Made by a program: the position numbers and the translations under genes
The notes under the pieces: model-generated
Seen by the model: only the letters and a program-made list of their open reading frames with translations
Databases searched by the model: none
What the model was told of the DNA's origin: nothing
Assembly: GCA_036172245.1 (NCBI GenBank)
Contig: JAYWIR010000003.1
Span: 682,001-746,000, forward strand
DNA from: Raillietiella orientalis
Lineage: Eukaryota
Direction: 5' to 3'
Length of the DNA stretch: 64,000 bases
In this document: in pieces, positions 1 to 14,300 of the stretch
Layout of the letters: every line of letters begins with the position of its first letter
Numbering within the stretch: the stretch's first letter is position 1

Positions 1-817
1 GCAATGCTGGATGGACGGCTTGCCAAATCGAAGACGCGCGAAAGATGGCGAGCTCTTTCGCGGCAACCAAGCAGGTAGGGTTCTCCCAACTGCCTAATCT
101 TTTCGTCACTATGCTTGGTAACTTTTTGGATGCTCGGATGATGATTTCCTTGATTATATCGCTTGCACCGCCAGTGTCACCGACATCGGAAAAGAAGCAT
201 GCTTTCTTTTGTGGAGTGGGATGAATTGCAAAGCTGTGGAACACATCTCCTTTTCCAAGCACTCTTTGCGAGATATCGAAGAGAGGATGAAAGTTACGCC
301 CTCTTCAAGGCCCTGTTGCTTGTGGCTCGTGGAGGCAATAGCCATTGGTTTTAGCAACGGTGATTCTATACGTTGCTGAGCCTGCCTGCTCTATTATTGG
401 AATAATGAAACAAAAAAAGAGCAAAAAGGAAAAAGAAGAGAGAGAGAGAGAACGGTTTGCTTTTCCACATTTTTCCTGAAGAAAATGAAATTAATGTTGT
501 AAGCAATCAAGTAGTAACGGTTGTTCTTGACGGACCGCCGCCTTTCACTTCAGCTCTCTGTGAAGACCGACCCAATAGGTGAAAGAACGCTGAACAAATG
601 AGCTGCTCTCGGAAACCTCACAACATAACCTACACAGTCTTGGAGACTTGTTGGGAGAACACTGACACTACGAAAGGTATCAGTTTCTTATAAAGGCGTA
701 TATAGAGAAATGCGACATCAAAATCAGTCAACTGAGGGAGGAGCAAGTTGGAATGACATGGCAGTTTGTTGGCGTGACATACTATAAATAGGTGCTGATG
801 ACGACGGTAAGTTTTAC

Positions 818-3655
818 CTATGCCTCAACTGGCACTGCCATAGAAATGAGGAAGAGGTTTCAATCTTTTGGTTTATCATTTTCGCAACGACGTCCCTTGC
901 ATGCACGTCGATGGTACAAATTGTCATGACCTTTTGCCTGTCCTGGGCACTTAGCTGGCCAATCAGTAAATTGATCAATGCGTTCAGCTGCTGGATCTAG
1001 GCGAGACAAGAAAGCAAAACTCGAGAAAAAGAAAAGACAAAAAGAGCAATACTTCTTTTTTGTAATAGTCCTTCAAGGCGTTCTCGTAACCTTCTTCCAT
1101 TCTGGAAAACGCTATTCCCACTTCTATAGCCCACCATATTTGCGTTCCGCACAGAGCGATTTGCGCAGGAAATTCGAAAATCCACTGGTCCCTTGCCTTG
1201 TCTTCGTATGATGAAAGAGCGTCGCCGAAATATTTGCGAATACTTGAGCAGTGAACATCCAAGAGGTGGGCCAACCACACTTCTACCTGGTGAGATGAGA
1301 AAAAAAGAACTGGGGTCGACATGGGAGTCATCACCAAGCCTTCCCCGTTTCCCCCCATTTCTTCTTCGCGCGCGCCCTCGTGTTGAAATCGCTTTCCAAC
1401 TACATCCGACGCGTTGATACAAGCAAGCACACGCCTTGATATCTGCACGTAGACATTCAAATTGGAATCAAATCATATTGGACACGTGTTCATGTTGAAC
1501 ACTTCCAACCCAATGAGCAGTAATGTGGAAATTCGCATGTGTTGCTCGACCGGGCATTGATTGTCTTTTTTTTTTTTTTGCGTGTGTGTTTACGTATTTA
1601 ATTTACTCCCTCCAGCTACGTACCCGTCCGACGCAATTACATTCTTGATCAAAGTTTATGTACTCTCCATCCTTGGACCAGCAGCCAACAGCCTGTTTGC
1701 TGTCATTTTTGAATTTCAACCTTGACATGGAATCAAACAGTTTGATCAAATGCCTGAAACATATGGTGAAGATGGCGGTGGTGACGACACCGCCTTCGAG
1801 GGACACTGTGCGTACTTTTCAACCAGACGAGGACTGTTCCCATTCGACAGGATGTCCAAGAGATCCGCAGACGAAACGAAATAAAACCTGGGGAAAGCCA
1901 GCCTCTTGGTTTCGAGATACTCCGCCAGTGCCTTCTCGCAAACGGTCAGCTTTTTCTGAATAGCCTCGAGCTGGTCATACAAACCCTCTCTATTGGTAGC
2001 TTCAATCACATTGGTGAATCTGCTCGTGTCGTCTATCAGTTTCTAAAACGGCAGTTACATTATGCCAGAGTCAAGTCACGCAACATGAAATGTTATGATA
2101 CAACAACCAGATCATTATTATTATAATAATAATAATAATAAATATTGCATGAGGAACTATCAAAAGCAATGTGGATACGGCAGACGTAACGATTACGCCT
2201 GTAGCATGGATAGTACTCGACAAATTGTAAAAGGTTCCTCAGAGTTTCTTGGTAGACGGGGCTGCTGACACACCCTTTATTTTCCTACTGCAAAATGGAT
2301 GAAGGCCGTCGCTTTCATGGGGGGAGGGAAGGGGAGGCAGGCGCCTGTCCCACACCGAAACAAATCAACGGCAAAATTCATTAACGGCCAGAGCGGTAAA
2401 GGAGGTTATTTTCAAGTTCCTACCGGTACATTCTGTTTTGCTGACGAAGGATGCAATGTAACGTGAAGAAGAAAAAACAAACAGAAAAAAAACAAACCTA
2501 AAGGTAGGAAGAAAGAAAAAGCTGAGAGTGTTTTTGAAGAGCTGTCTTAATTTCCCCTTCCGCATCCTCGTTGCAAACGGCAACCGCGCTCATCGAACTT
2601 TCCACGACAAAATCGATACGTGGGAATTTGTGAAACGGACACATCGTGGTCAGACACGTCACGGAAGAGCGGCTCTTCAGAACGTGACTTTGGGATGAAC
2701 CACGTTGACCCAGGCGCATGCATCACGAGCAGTTCCATGCGTATCAGCTCCGGACACGGCTCGGGACACTCATGCAACTCGGTTTCCCAGGGAAACGATT
2801 GCCAACGAGCCGATTCGAAATTCGCCGCCGCGACTGCCAGCGCCTCTGCAGCTGAAGAATCACTGTTACCTTAAATTCTTCGTCGATGGCGTCGAACAGA
2901 GCGGAGTCTTCCGGTAACTGCTTGCGTATGTCTTCCGAGCCGATGAAGATTGCTTCCAGATACGACCAAGTTCTTTGCACTTCCAGAAGAATTGTGATAA
3001 CCTGGTCAGCCATGGAGATCCTCTTCTGCCACAATGAAACCTCGGTCAAGAAATAATCTATGAATTTGGAGGTGATCAAGTTTTGCAGCTGCACTTGGTT
3101 GTCCTCAAGAATTTCAATGAGCTCGTCGCTAACTTTGATCAGTTTGCACTTTGTTCTCTCGTGAATCTCCGTTTCCAAGATGATGGTTTTCCACGTGTTT
3201 TCCAGGTCGGCAAGAACTTTCTCCATTGACATCTCCTTGACTGCTTTGTCAACTATGTTTTTCACTGAATCTTCGTACTTGTGCAAGTTCAAGGCCAGCA
3301 AATCTGCCAAAGTAGTTTTATCGTCCATCACGAACGACACCTAAAATTCACAGGGAGCGATCAGGAGAAGCACACGATTGCCGGTGCATGCGACCCCCCC
3401 CCCCCCACGGGGACGGCAACACTTACTTTGAGATTTGCATTCGGGGCATCTATCCTCTATGCATTGAAAACAGAAATACTCAATCATTTTCTCAGTTATC
3501 ATTTTTTATGAAACACACACGAAAAACAAATTCAGAGTCGTGTCGCGGAAAACAGTCAGTGCCTTGATTTTTGCGCCCCTATCAGGACCGCCAAAGAGAG
3601 CCTTTTCCATTTGGGGAAAGCCTCGAAAGCGCTTATCGGAAAGCCTGCCTAAACG

Positions 3656-3694
<39 letters not shown>

Positions 3695-5280
3695 GCAGAT
3701 ACAAAGCGCGGAAGGAAGCTGTGTGGGGAAGCAGACTGCTTCGTTAGCATGCTGCGTCGTCCCTTCGGAGGGCGTGAGGAGGAAAAGAGGAAATGAAGTT
3801 GTCGGAACAGCATCGCACTTGCAAAAACACGAGCCGAGTGCACTGTGGACGACGACCGAGGGTTCTTCGGGCCAAGCATTTCTGTGTGAGATCCACGGAG
3901 GGGGGAAAAAAAAAGGCTTCACGGAATAGGGGAATCAAGGCGGTAAAAGTGGCAACCGGAATCGCTAGAGAAAAAATCGAGAAAAAAGTGCCGGCAGTGG
4001 ACGCGGACGCAGGCGGGGAAAAAAAAACACACGCGCGCGCGCGCACAGTCAAGAGTTTTTTCCACACAGCAAAAAAGGATGGCACATATATGAATTCACA
4101 CATACTGTGCCAAGCAATTTTCTAATCGCATGCAGTGGAGAAAAGACGTGGAACTTTGAGTTTCAAAGGCGGGCAATCAACGTAAAGACGATCTTTGTGC
4201 AAAATCTTGGAGAGCCTTCTCAGCTTTTCTCCATCAAAATTTAGAGTAAACGATGGAGAGGAGGAGTGCGACCGACGAGAATCGGAACAGAGAGGTCATG
4301 TATATGTGTGCATGTGTATATATATGTGTGTGTGCACTTTGTGTATACTCATACGCGCACTACGTGCAACATTCATGTATGTTTGTATACATGAAGTAAG
4401 TACGTCTGAGTGTTATTTCCACAGCCGCCAACCTGCAGTAGGTGGATCCCCAACAAAAACGAAAGAAAAAGAGAAATTCCAAACATAGTCGGAAGGAAGA
4501 ACCTACTTTGGTGGCAACCATCAGCTGATGCCAATGCCTGTCTCGGATTGCTGGGTTTCGGAGTTCAGACACAGCGCGTAACGAAGTGATCATGTTCTTG
4601 AGTTCTTGTTCCAGCTGCAGGTAGACATCCCAAGATTTCACTTCTTTATCCAGATTGCGAATTTCTTTGGAAAGCCTCTTGCATTCGATATCCATGTCAT
4701 CGATGTTTACTTTTTTCCAAGGCGCAGTCTTCCAGTCTTCTATGCAATGTCGAATCAAAATCACGTAATCCCAAGCTATCTGGAAAAAAGTCATCTTATG
4801 CATCATCATCGTCGTTTAAGGAAAACCGGATAGGTTTCGGAACATTTCCCTTGGTGACCCCAGCTCAATCCGCGCCCTGATTTTTTTTTTTTTTTTTTTT
4901 TCTGAGAATTAAGGATCGTCGAGCGTGGATCATAACGGGCAATGTCACTTTGCTGTTGTTCTTCGAGCACGCAGTTTCGATACCACTTTGAACACTTCGA
5001 TTTCGAATTCTGCTCGAAAGACAAGGAAGAATGGGAGAAATCCTTCGTCTTTCAAATGAGGGATAATGGAGCAAAATATCAAAGCTGGTGCAACAGCAGA
5101 GTACTTCGTCAGATGTACAGCCAGCCGTGCTCAAAGTGACGATTTCATTGCGTTTCTTTCCACTGGAATCGCGCGCACAGGAGGGAATGACTCGCTCTTC
5201 TTGGAAAACGAGCTTTGGAAAGTTGGAGAAATTCAGGAAGACCTGATCGTCAGGAAGACGTTTGCGCCGCCGCACATGCC

Positions 5281-5326
<46 letters not shown>

Positions 5327-8300
5327 GGGCTGATTATGTATAATCAACGCGCATCACTGCATACCTCCGGAAACAGAGAGAGAGAGAGACCTACGTAAAG
5401 CTTCAATTGAGAAAAGAGAATTCCATGACGGATTTCCACTGCGAGTGGGACACCATCAAATCAATGATCGTAGGGGCCATTTCAATTTAAATTTAGATCC
5501 AAGCAATCAATCGCGAAAGAGGAAAACGATGCCTACATACGTCACGTGTGTACCTACGGATAGGGACAGAATCGTCGGGATGTCCCTTCAAGAGAGGGAG
5601 GCAGGAGGCATTCGTGGTCAACGACCACACTTGCGATGGTGGTGAGCACTCGGAAAATGCGGCTTACCTTCAGCAGTTTCAATTCTTTCCTACATTGCTT
5701 CAGCTGTTTGAATTCCTGAACGTTTACTTCGAAGAGAGATGCCGAGTTCTGAATGCTTTTCATGGTCTCTTCGAAGGCCAAAATATCTTTGCTCGCACTC
5801 TCCAGTTTGCTGTACACGTTTTGGCAATCGTACCTGGAAACGCGTTGTGGCACATAAGCAAGGCAATATCTTCAAGTTTCAGAATTGTGGATAGGCAGAA
5901 AATACATGTACATGAAACAGATACAATGTGCAATGTGCATGCCGATGGCCATCAAACGTAAAAGACTGTACGACATCGCGCGTTACCAACGAAGAAAATT
6001 CGCCATGTGATGACAAAGTGAACACCATGAAAAGTACAAAGAATAAATGAATGAATGAAACTGTTGGCAAGTTCGCCTTGCTTAAAATTGCGTTAAACTG
6101 CGAACGTGTACCAGTCAAGTACAGGTTTCTCCATACAGGTTTCTCTTCCGCCCTTGCAGCATCATTTATTGTGTACGTAATTAAGGATTCCCCAATATTT
6201 GTCAGACACCGTTGAGCTGCTGTAGTATTTTGCTCCACTGCTTACATTTCAATAAAGTGAAGCTCGAAAAATGGAAAGAATTGCACAGAAATCATGGATA
6301 CACTGCATCCAGAAAGGAACTGCTATCGCAAGTGTCCTTTGGAACGCAAGGAATTTCTTGCATCTTTGCATGCGAAAAATGCGTTTCGGGCAGAGATGGT
6401 GAGGCACATTGCACCTACCAAAATTACCGAAAACAAGGAAAGAGCAACCGATCATTCCGCCAATCGAGGCAGAATAGTTGGTTGGCACCTTCGGAGTAAT
6501 CCCATTCAAGAGCTTTATTCGAAGCTGTAAGGTGAGCAGTACATATCTTTGTGACAATAAGAAAGCATTGAAATCGGGACTGAGAGAAAGAACTTTTTTG
6601 CAAGTAACTAATGGCACGAGAATCACCGAAAGAGCTCTGGAGTCCTTTGCGGATGGGAGCACGAACGAAGCAGGCAGCGTTGCAGGGCAGGGTGATGCTT
6701 AAGGGATACGGAAGCTGCGGATGGAAAGAGTGAAGAATTAGGAAAAAGAAACAAGTGGAATATTCCGAATGGCGGGATGCAGGATTTTTGATGATGAGCT
6801 TTTGTGTTTATCTTCCATGAGAATTTTGTACAATTTGTTTGCATCATTCCGTAACCGCATCAAAGGGAGCAGAGTGTCCTAAAGACAGGCATGCCGTTGC
6901 TGGATGTGGGTCATCCATCCACAAGGATATTCTTCAAGAGAATAAACACGCATGTTTCAAAACGTTGATGGTTGGTAGCAGCAAGAACCGAGTTCCTCAA
7001 CACTTTATAGTGCAAACACGTGGCTGTTATTACCAAGATGTGCTCTGGGATACTCTACATGTTTATGGGGGCCTTTCTGTGAAACGTCCGTCTCTCATGC
7101 ATATTCAGCATATCCTCTACTTTGTCCGACCTGGTCCCTTGCAAACAAGCAGAGACTTGATGCACAACAAAATCTCAGTAAACAGAATCGCCTCCGATGA
7201 TAACACTCACAAAAGAGCTTTTGATTATCAGTTGATGGCACATTAGAGAAGAGAAGAGAAGAGAAGAGAAAGGGGGAGGGGGAAAAGAAGGGGAAAAAAA
7301 AAGAGGGGGGGCGGGGAAGGGGAAGGGGGTAGTCTCTGTGTGGTACTTGATGGGCTCGAGTTTTCAGAACGCCATCTCGAATTCTCGCTCCCACCAACTT
7401 TTCCGTAATGAGTGAAATGTTCTGTAAGGCTGCACGCGCGCCCGAAATACACTTCAGTCAGATCACGCGTGAGTGATTTTTTTTTTTTTTTTTACTTCGT
7501 GATCAACTGAAGTATCCGCCCAACAGAGGTATTCGATATTCGTATGCGCTCTTTGCATCCAGTATTGGGGCATTCCTGTTCAACAGCAGCCACAAAAGAC
7601 TACTTCCACATCGTCGCAGGTGTATAGCCAGCACACTACATTGCACGCAAGGATCATATAGACAGGTCAACGGGGAAACCCTCATGGGAACCACGTTAGC
7701 AGTGCATGCCACAAGTCTCACGGTTGGAATTTAATGTCGTTCCGCTCAACCACGCATTTTGTCTCAGCGACGTCAGGAACCCAAGCAGCTCTTGTCGCGA
7801 ACGAACTTTCCAGCCGGGACCCTTCCCAAAGAAAGGACCCGCGACTGGACTCCTGGAAGTGATCAGTGCATCCACCGAGATTCAGTTCGAAGAGATCTCG
7901 TGCTGCAGTCCAAGAGTGCAGCCTTCTCGATACTTTGAAGTCTGTTGTGCAAAGTTTGGGCTTCTTTATGGGAACGAAAGGAGAATGGGAATGCACCCAT
8001 CCATCGAGGAGTGCGGACTTGGACGCGGGCAATTAAAGGGAAAGCTGGAGACACTTTCGGACTGCCTACCTTTTCAAGTCCTGTCGGCGGCGGCGTTAGG
8101 GTTACATCGGGAGAATGTCTGAAGTCTGACACGGAAGAAAGGGAAAAGGAAATTCCAAAGGGGAACGGCGCGCATTTTGACTTCCTCGGTGGAACTGTAC
8201 TGTTTTGCTACTGAGCTCAAGCATTGCGGAAGAGCGAAAGTGTGTTGCGAAAGGGTGGAAGCGAAAACGGGTGGTGCAAGAAGGTCGGCGGCAAGACAGC

Positions 8301-11300
8301 GTGGCCACGCTACGAGACGAGGAAAGCTTTCCCTGTTCCAGGTGGAAGAACTGCCCTCCCCCGGAATGCTCACATAGGAGGACACGCTGCTCGCGGCGCG
8401 CACTACGCGAAGCGCAGAACGCGCGCGCATCAGGCTGCGTGGCAGAGGCACCGACGCCAGCAAAAACTGACCGGAAAAAATGCCCAGAATACAACGTAAA
8501 GCTCGTCTTACGTGTAGAGCTCGTTTTGCCGAAACTTTTCTTTGAATTCATGTTGCTTGATGTCAAAAGCGGCGATTTTCCTCTTTATTTTGGCAACCTC
8601 AATATTTTGCAGAGGTGTAACTTGCTGCTTCACAACGGCTGACATTTTCTTCAAGTTATTCCACTGCTCTGGAAGATCCTGAAACATGAGGGAGAGGGAG
8701 GACGTGATGAGATGCTACTAAGTTTTGAAACAAAAAAAAAAAAAACAAAAATTCCCGTCATCATTTGCATCTGTTGGAGTGTGCCGCCGTTCCTAAGACT
8801 TCCGCTTGAAGCATACCGAAAATGCCAACAAGTGCATCTACAGAGGAAACTCTTCGGTTTGAATGGAACCTCAAGTTATTCCCACGCGCAAGACACTGAA
8901 CGCGCTCCACCACCGAAAGGATACGCAGGTATTCCTTCCTGCTCCAGAAATGAGCTTGGGAGGACAGCGAACCTTCAAACAGATCCTACGGCCACATTCA
9001 CCAACAAGGTGGTGGGAATAAGCCAGTTCCCAACATAACAAACAGATCCCAACTTCGACCTTCCCCCCCCCCACCCACACAGCATCAACCATTTGCTTTT
9101 AGCAGGGTGGAGCACGGCAGCACATCCTGCAGCGAACCTTGTTTCCCACAATCTCCTCCTTTCGAAAAAACGGACTGACTAAAATGTGCACGTAATTCTT
9201 GGAGGAGGCGGAAGTAAAGGAACAGAGTGCGTTGAAAACGTCAATAACGTGCTCAGTGCCCTTGGATCCCAAGTGGCGAGTTGGTCGGTGCATGTGGACC
9301 CGATGTTGCTTTCGTCTTGGTCCGTTTGCCGTTAGCTTCTGTTCCCACGCCAAAACCCTTCTCTCCGCTCCGAAAGGTCGCGAACCAGAGCGCCCGAGGA
9401 GCAGTTTGGCATGCCATCTCAACGCGGCTTCTGCTTCCAGCTCGTTTTCCGTTTAACCAAAGAGACCGGCAAAGCTGAAGTTCAGCTGAGCAGGCAACTA
9501 ATCTCGTCGGCCCTTGGCAAAGTGATTCGCAACTTTGACGCTTTTTTGGGGGGGTGGGGGTGGAGGGGGGAGAATAGCGGCAAAAAAAAACCTGTGGATG
9601 GATGCTTCAGAGAGACACACTGCGATTAGGAAAGACTGCACGCAGCAGCTTCTCTTTGCTTTAAGGGACGGCTCGAACCAGATCACCTCGGTTTTCGGCA
9701 ATCAAACTGAAGCTGGCACTGCGACGAGCGAACCGCAGTGCCAGCAGTTGCAAACGATAGCCCACGTTTTTGGTTCATATAGACCATGCGCCCACGTGCC
9801 CATCCATGAATACGAATTTGTCACGCATATAATGATGATGATAAATGTACTACTCCTTTCGGTTTATACTCTGAAAAAAGAAAAGAATGTGCTCTCGTAT
9901 TTAGAAGACATCGAAGCAGCACACTACTGCGTGCGAATCGTCAGTAGGGACCTATACGCTCTTTTGTTCGTTTCTCTCGACTTGTTTCTTGTCAAAAGCT
10001 GTGCCGCAAGCAGTGTAGAAACACCCCGTGGACAACAAATGGGCTCACCTGCAGTTTCATCAAAACTTCTTCGGGAAGATCTAAATCGTAGTTTTTCAGC
10101 AGCTCTACCGTATGCTTCAACGGCTCAAACATGGCATCCGTCGACTGCTGTCTATCTCGGATGGCTTTGAGATTGCCCATGACGGACACCAGAACTTGGT
10201 AGTCTCCTTCAACAACTATTTGGCTCAAGCCTTTTTCTTTTTCCTGAATGAAGTCCCTCAGTTCAGTTAAGCTTGGAACAGAAGTAAGAAGAGCAAATGA
10301 AGGATTCGCACGAGAAAACAAAACGGCAGTTTGAAGCAGCAGAAAGCATGTGATAACAGCGATTTCGCATTTCCATTTTTCCACGGAACTTGGCCGCCGG
10401 ATCGCCAAAGGGAACACCACTTTTGGCAAGAGGCGGCCATTCGTCCGAAGGCACGCGAGCGAGAGCGCGCGTGGGGTTAGGTTAGGTGCGTTGGGAATGC
10501 TCGCGTGGCATTGAACAGGAAAGAACAAATAAACTGGCATCTGGCATTTGCGTGGCAGTTTCCCTGTACATCGAGCATAAATAAGCCCACGGGAATCACG
10601 GGACGCGTTCTCTTGACGGCATTCTGGAAGCAGGCAGTGCCGAAACGAAGACCGCGCACTGAAGAGCACAAAATGCAACAAACCTATTGGTAACGTGCTT
10701 CACCAGATGGTCCTTCAACATGAGGCTCCACTTTCTAATTGTGTTCAACAAAGTTTGCTTGAATAACTTAATTTTGAGGCAAAACCAACTCTGGAATATT
10801 ATGACAGGCTCGTATCTGTCTACCTCTTCATACAGTGCTTCAAATTTGTCTATCTAAACAATAGAAAGAAGATGTAATAAACTTGCATCACATATTTGCA
10901 ATCTGAAATAATAATACTCTTCATGCTCGTTTCATGGTGCATATTATTATCGAATTACTCAAGAATAATGGTCTTTGATGGTCTTTTTTTTTTTGGCTCC
11001 ATATGTCTCTCTTCGATTTAACGGAGTGAACATTACCATCACGAAGCAGCACATACAGGCAACTCGTGCAGCTCACATGCCTATGTATGCAGTAAACGCG
11101 TGCGCATGCATAGAAAATCCTGACAGCATGTATGCGGTCGCATTCCATCAGCCCGGATGAGGTTTTTTTTCGTCATATGTGACTTAGAAGAACGTGATTT
11201 CGCCGCCCCGTGTGAAGGAATCGCATCTTGGGGATTCAGAGCTCGAACGCAGCATCCGAACCGGACGAAACAGCTGATTTCCAAGTCGAAGTCCCTCTTT

Positions 11301-14300
11301 TAAAGGAATGAAAACACTGCGGGGAGAGAGATCCCAGGAGATCGCTTGTGTAGGGAATCTCTCCTGGGTAAAACGGGGAACGGCATCTTGAATGTGAAAG
11401 GCTTCGGTAAAACCGTGGCCCTTCCTATTCAAGACACCGGACAGCAAGGCTGCTCGTCTTGCATGACGTCAGCAGTGAAATGCGACGTTTCCTTGGCGTA
11501 TTCCTTGGAGTGGAAAAGTGATTGCTTTATTGGATTTCGACAAAAGCGCTCCACTGCTTATGTCGAGTTGCCCAAAGTTCACGCTCGCATTCTGACATGG
11601 ACACAGCCAAGACTCCGGAAGGTGGTTGCCTTGACTTGCGCTGCTTGCGTAAATTATCAATTAAAATCCAGAGCAACAGAACGTGGGCAGAACGTAATCA
11701 AATTTAGGATGAGCAGAGATTCCTCAGCCCAGGAGTTTTGATGAATAGCCTACTGCGAAAGTACCGATTTGGGTTGCTACTGAAGCAAAAACGGGGTTAC
11801 TTGCAATCCAAGTGAAAAGCACGTCTGTGGTAGCCGCGGCTGAATGCTGTGCCAATGCGAGAACCTTAGCTATCAAGGAACGGATGGACAAAATGAAACG
11901 TCCACCAAGCGAAACTCGAAAGAGCTGCAAACAGGATGTGATGTCCCGGCAGACGTTTGCAGACAACTGGAACATCAACGAGCACTGGAAGCAACTGCTG
12001 TGTGTGTAAGACGGATTCGCCTCGGAGTCAACTTTGAACATTTTCAAGCGTTACGTGATAGTATTCCGGCACCTCTGGGGGAAGGGACTTTAGCATTTTG
12101 AAAAGAGGAAAGGTAGAGGGGAGCTGCAAACCGAATTATAAAGTAAAGCATCATCTTCTTGCAGGAAGGAAACAAGAACCAATTACGCGTGTTTCAAGTC
12201 TAAAACTTCTTCAAAACGAGAAGCCATGCCATCGAGTCTTCCGATTACATCGAAGGGTAAAGCTATATAGTCGGAACAGGCGACCAGAGCCAGCAAAACG
12301 GATGCAAACTTGCATAGCCCGCGAACGCATGCTGGAACACAAATGCGGGAGGGTCCGTATCCAAGCAGCGGCAGACTTCGGTCGGTAGCATCTACGCCTG
12401 AAGCATCCTTCTTTAATTACTTGAAGCACCTTGGTGACGGGAAATCAAGTGGCACAGCTGGAGGAAAGAGTTTCCCAACCACTTTGTGAACCAGCTATTA
12501 TGTATTTGCGAGAAGAAAGAAGGAAAAAGAAAACCGAAAGGTGGAAACTTTGCCTGGGAGATGAATGCCGAGAAATTCAATTCATGTTACAACCAGAGTG
12601 GGTGAAGACAGACTCGCAGACTACCGGATGCAACATTCCGAATTGCATTTTCGCGGTCCGGATTTCTGGCACACTGCCGACTGCAGAAGAGATACGTGCC
12701 ATGTTTCCGGTGGGATAGGAAAGGACCCTTCCTTTCATCCCAAGCAACGGACTGACCGTAGCAGTGTGCCATTTGCACAACTACTGCCTAATGAGATGTC
12801 AAACCCGACACCAATGGCGATTTAGGCATGGATGATAATGAAATACTCTTTTGCAACTACCGGTTAACATGTCTGCTAAACAGTGAACTTATTAGGACGC
12901 TGCATCACGTGATGCAATCCAAAATTTTAGGGGAAACTGAATATTAAATGTATTCTTTACAACCCCATGCAAATCAAGTTATACCATGCACCAGATTCAT
13001 TTTTCGTGTAATTAAACGAATAAAAAATGCATGTTGTAATACTTGTTCTTTAAACTGGTCTAAAGACGGTGACACTGGTGTGCTGTCATCGAAAGGTACG
13101 TCTGCCAACTGGTCCTCTAGCGATCGCCCAAAGGTGAGAAATTCGTGCAAATACTCAGTTCGGTCATCAATCCACAAGTAGGAATAGACCTCAAACATCT
13201 GTTTATGATGCTTAGCCTGAACGATCACATGGTTTACGCGATCAAAGATTTCTGTTTTCATTTCATTTAGTTCCTCGTCGTCTTCAATGTCCACCTAAAA
13301 TAATGAATCCATTTTATTTACATTTGAAATATATGGGATCCATCGATGACATTCCCGATTATTTAAACTTTACGGGACTCTGCACGGAGATCAATTTGGT
13401 GGACGCACATAACTCGGTGCCTTCCCGCGCTGTTCCTTCTACTTGATTTCTTTTTTTTTTTTTTTTTCTGGCCACCGGGAAGGATGATGATGAAGCATGC
13501 GTGTATAGAAGGAAATGTGTGGTAACTGCTGGGAAAAATTCAGTAACGGAAGGGTCAGGCGCTTACACGCTTCCAACCAATTCCAACTACCACACTGGGA
13601 TCCAGGTACAGCATGCTCGCATCATCGCTGCCACAATTTATTTCGCCACGAGCGCTTATTTTCCAGGAGCGTATTTTTCGATACCGCTACGATGTAAATG
13701 TTGACAAAAAAATAAGAAAAAAAAAAAGTCTTATCTTCAGCTATAATGCAGATTACATCTTTTAACCAAAAACTAATGCAAGGGTAGTAACAAATACTGT
13801 TGTCAAATCGAGTCTTGTAAATGAGATTGCTAGCAAAATACACGACTCTCCAGTGCATACGTATCACCTTAAGCGTTGCGAATTAAAAAAACTTAAAACT
13901 TGAAATTCTAAAGAAACTTCATCTTGGGGTATTCCCCAAAGTTTTGAATCCGCTGATTTAATGGGCACAGGATATTTGCAGGATAAACATCAAAAAAAAT
14001 GAATCAACTAGAAATTACCAAATAACTTTTTTTGTCTATATGGGAAGCAAGTCTGGGAATGTACAACGTTTGCTGATAAATATCCGATATCATGGTTTCC
14101 ATCAGAGTTACAATTCCCTTCTCACTTTTGTCAAGTGGTGGTTTAAAAACGATATCTGGTTCCATGAGCACCAAACCACACTGCAACAAGGGATTAGGTT
14201 GCAATTCAGGATCCGTCTCATCCAGAAAGTACTGAAGACTGGAAAGACGAAATCCAAAGTGAGCATTTGTCAGTAGAGGGCCAACGGTGCAGTTGCGGAT

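Noticed and set aside
3506..5398. ORFs with poly-M, poly-I or poly-Y runs
   Set aside because: They are translations of the (CAT)n and (AAT)n microsatellites in dynein introns.
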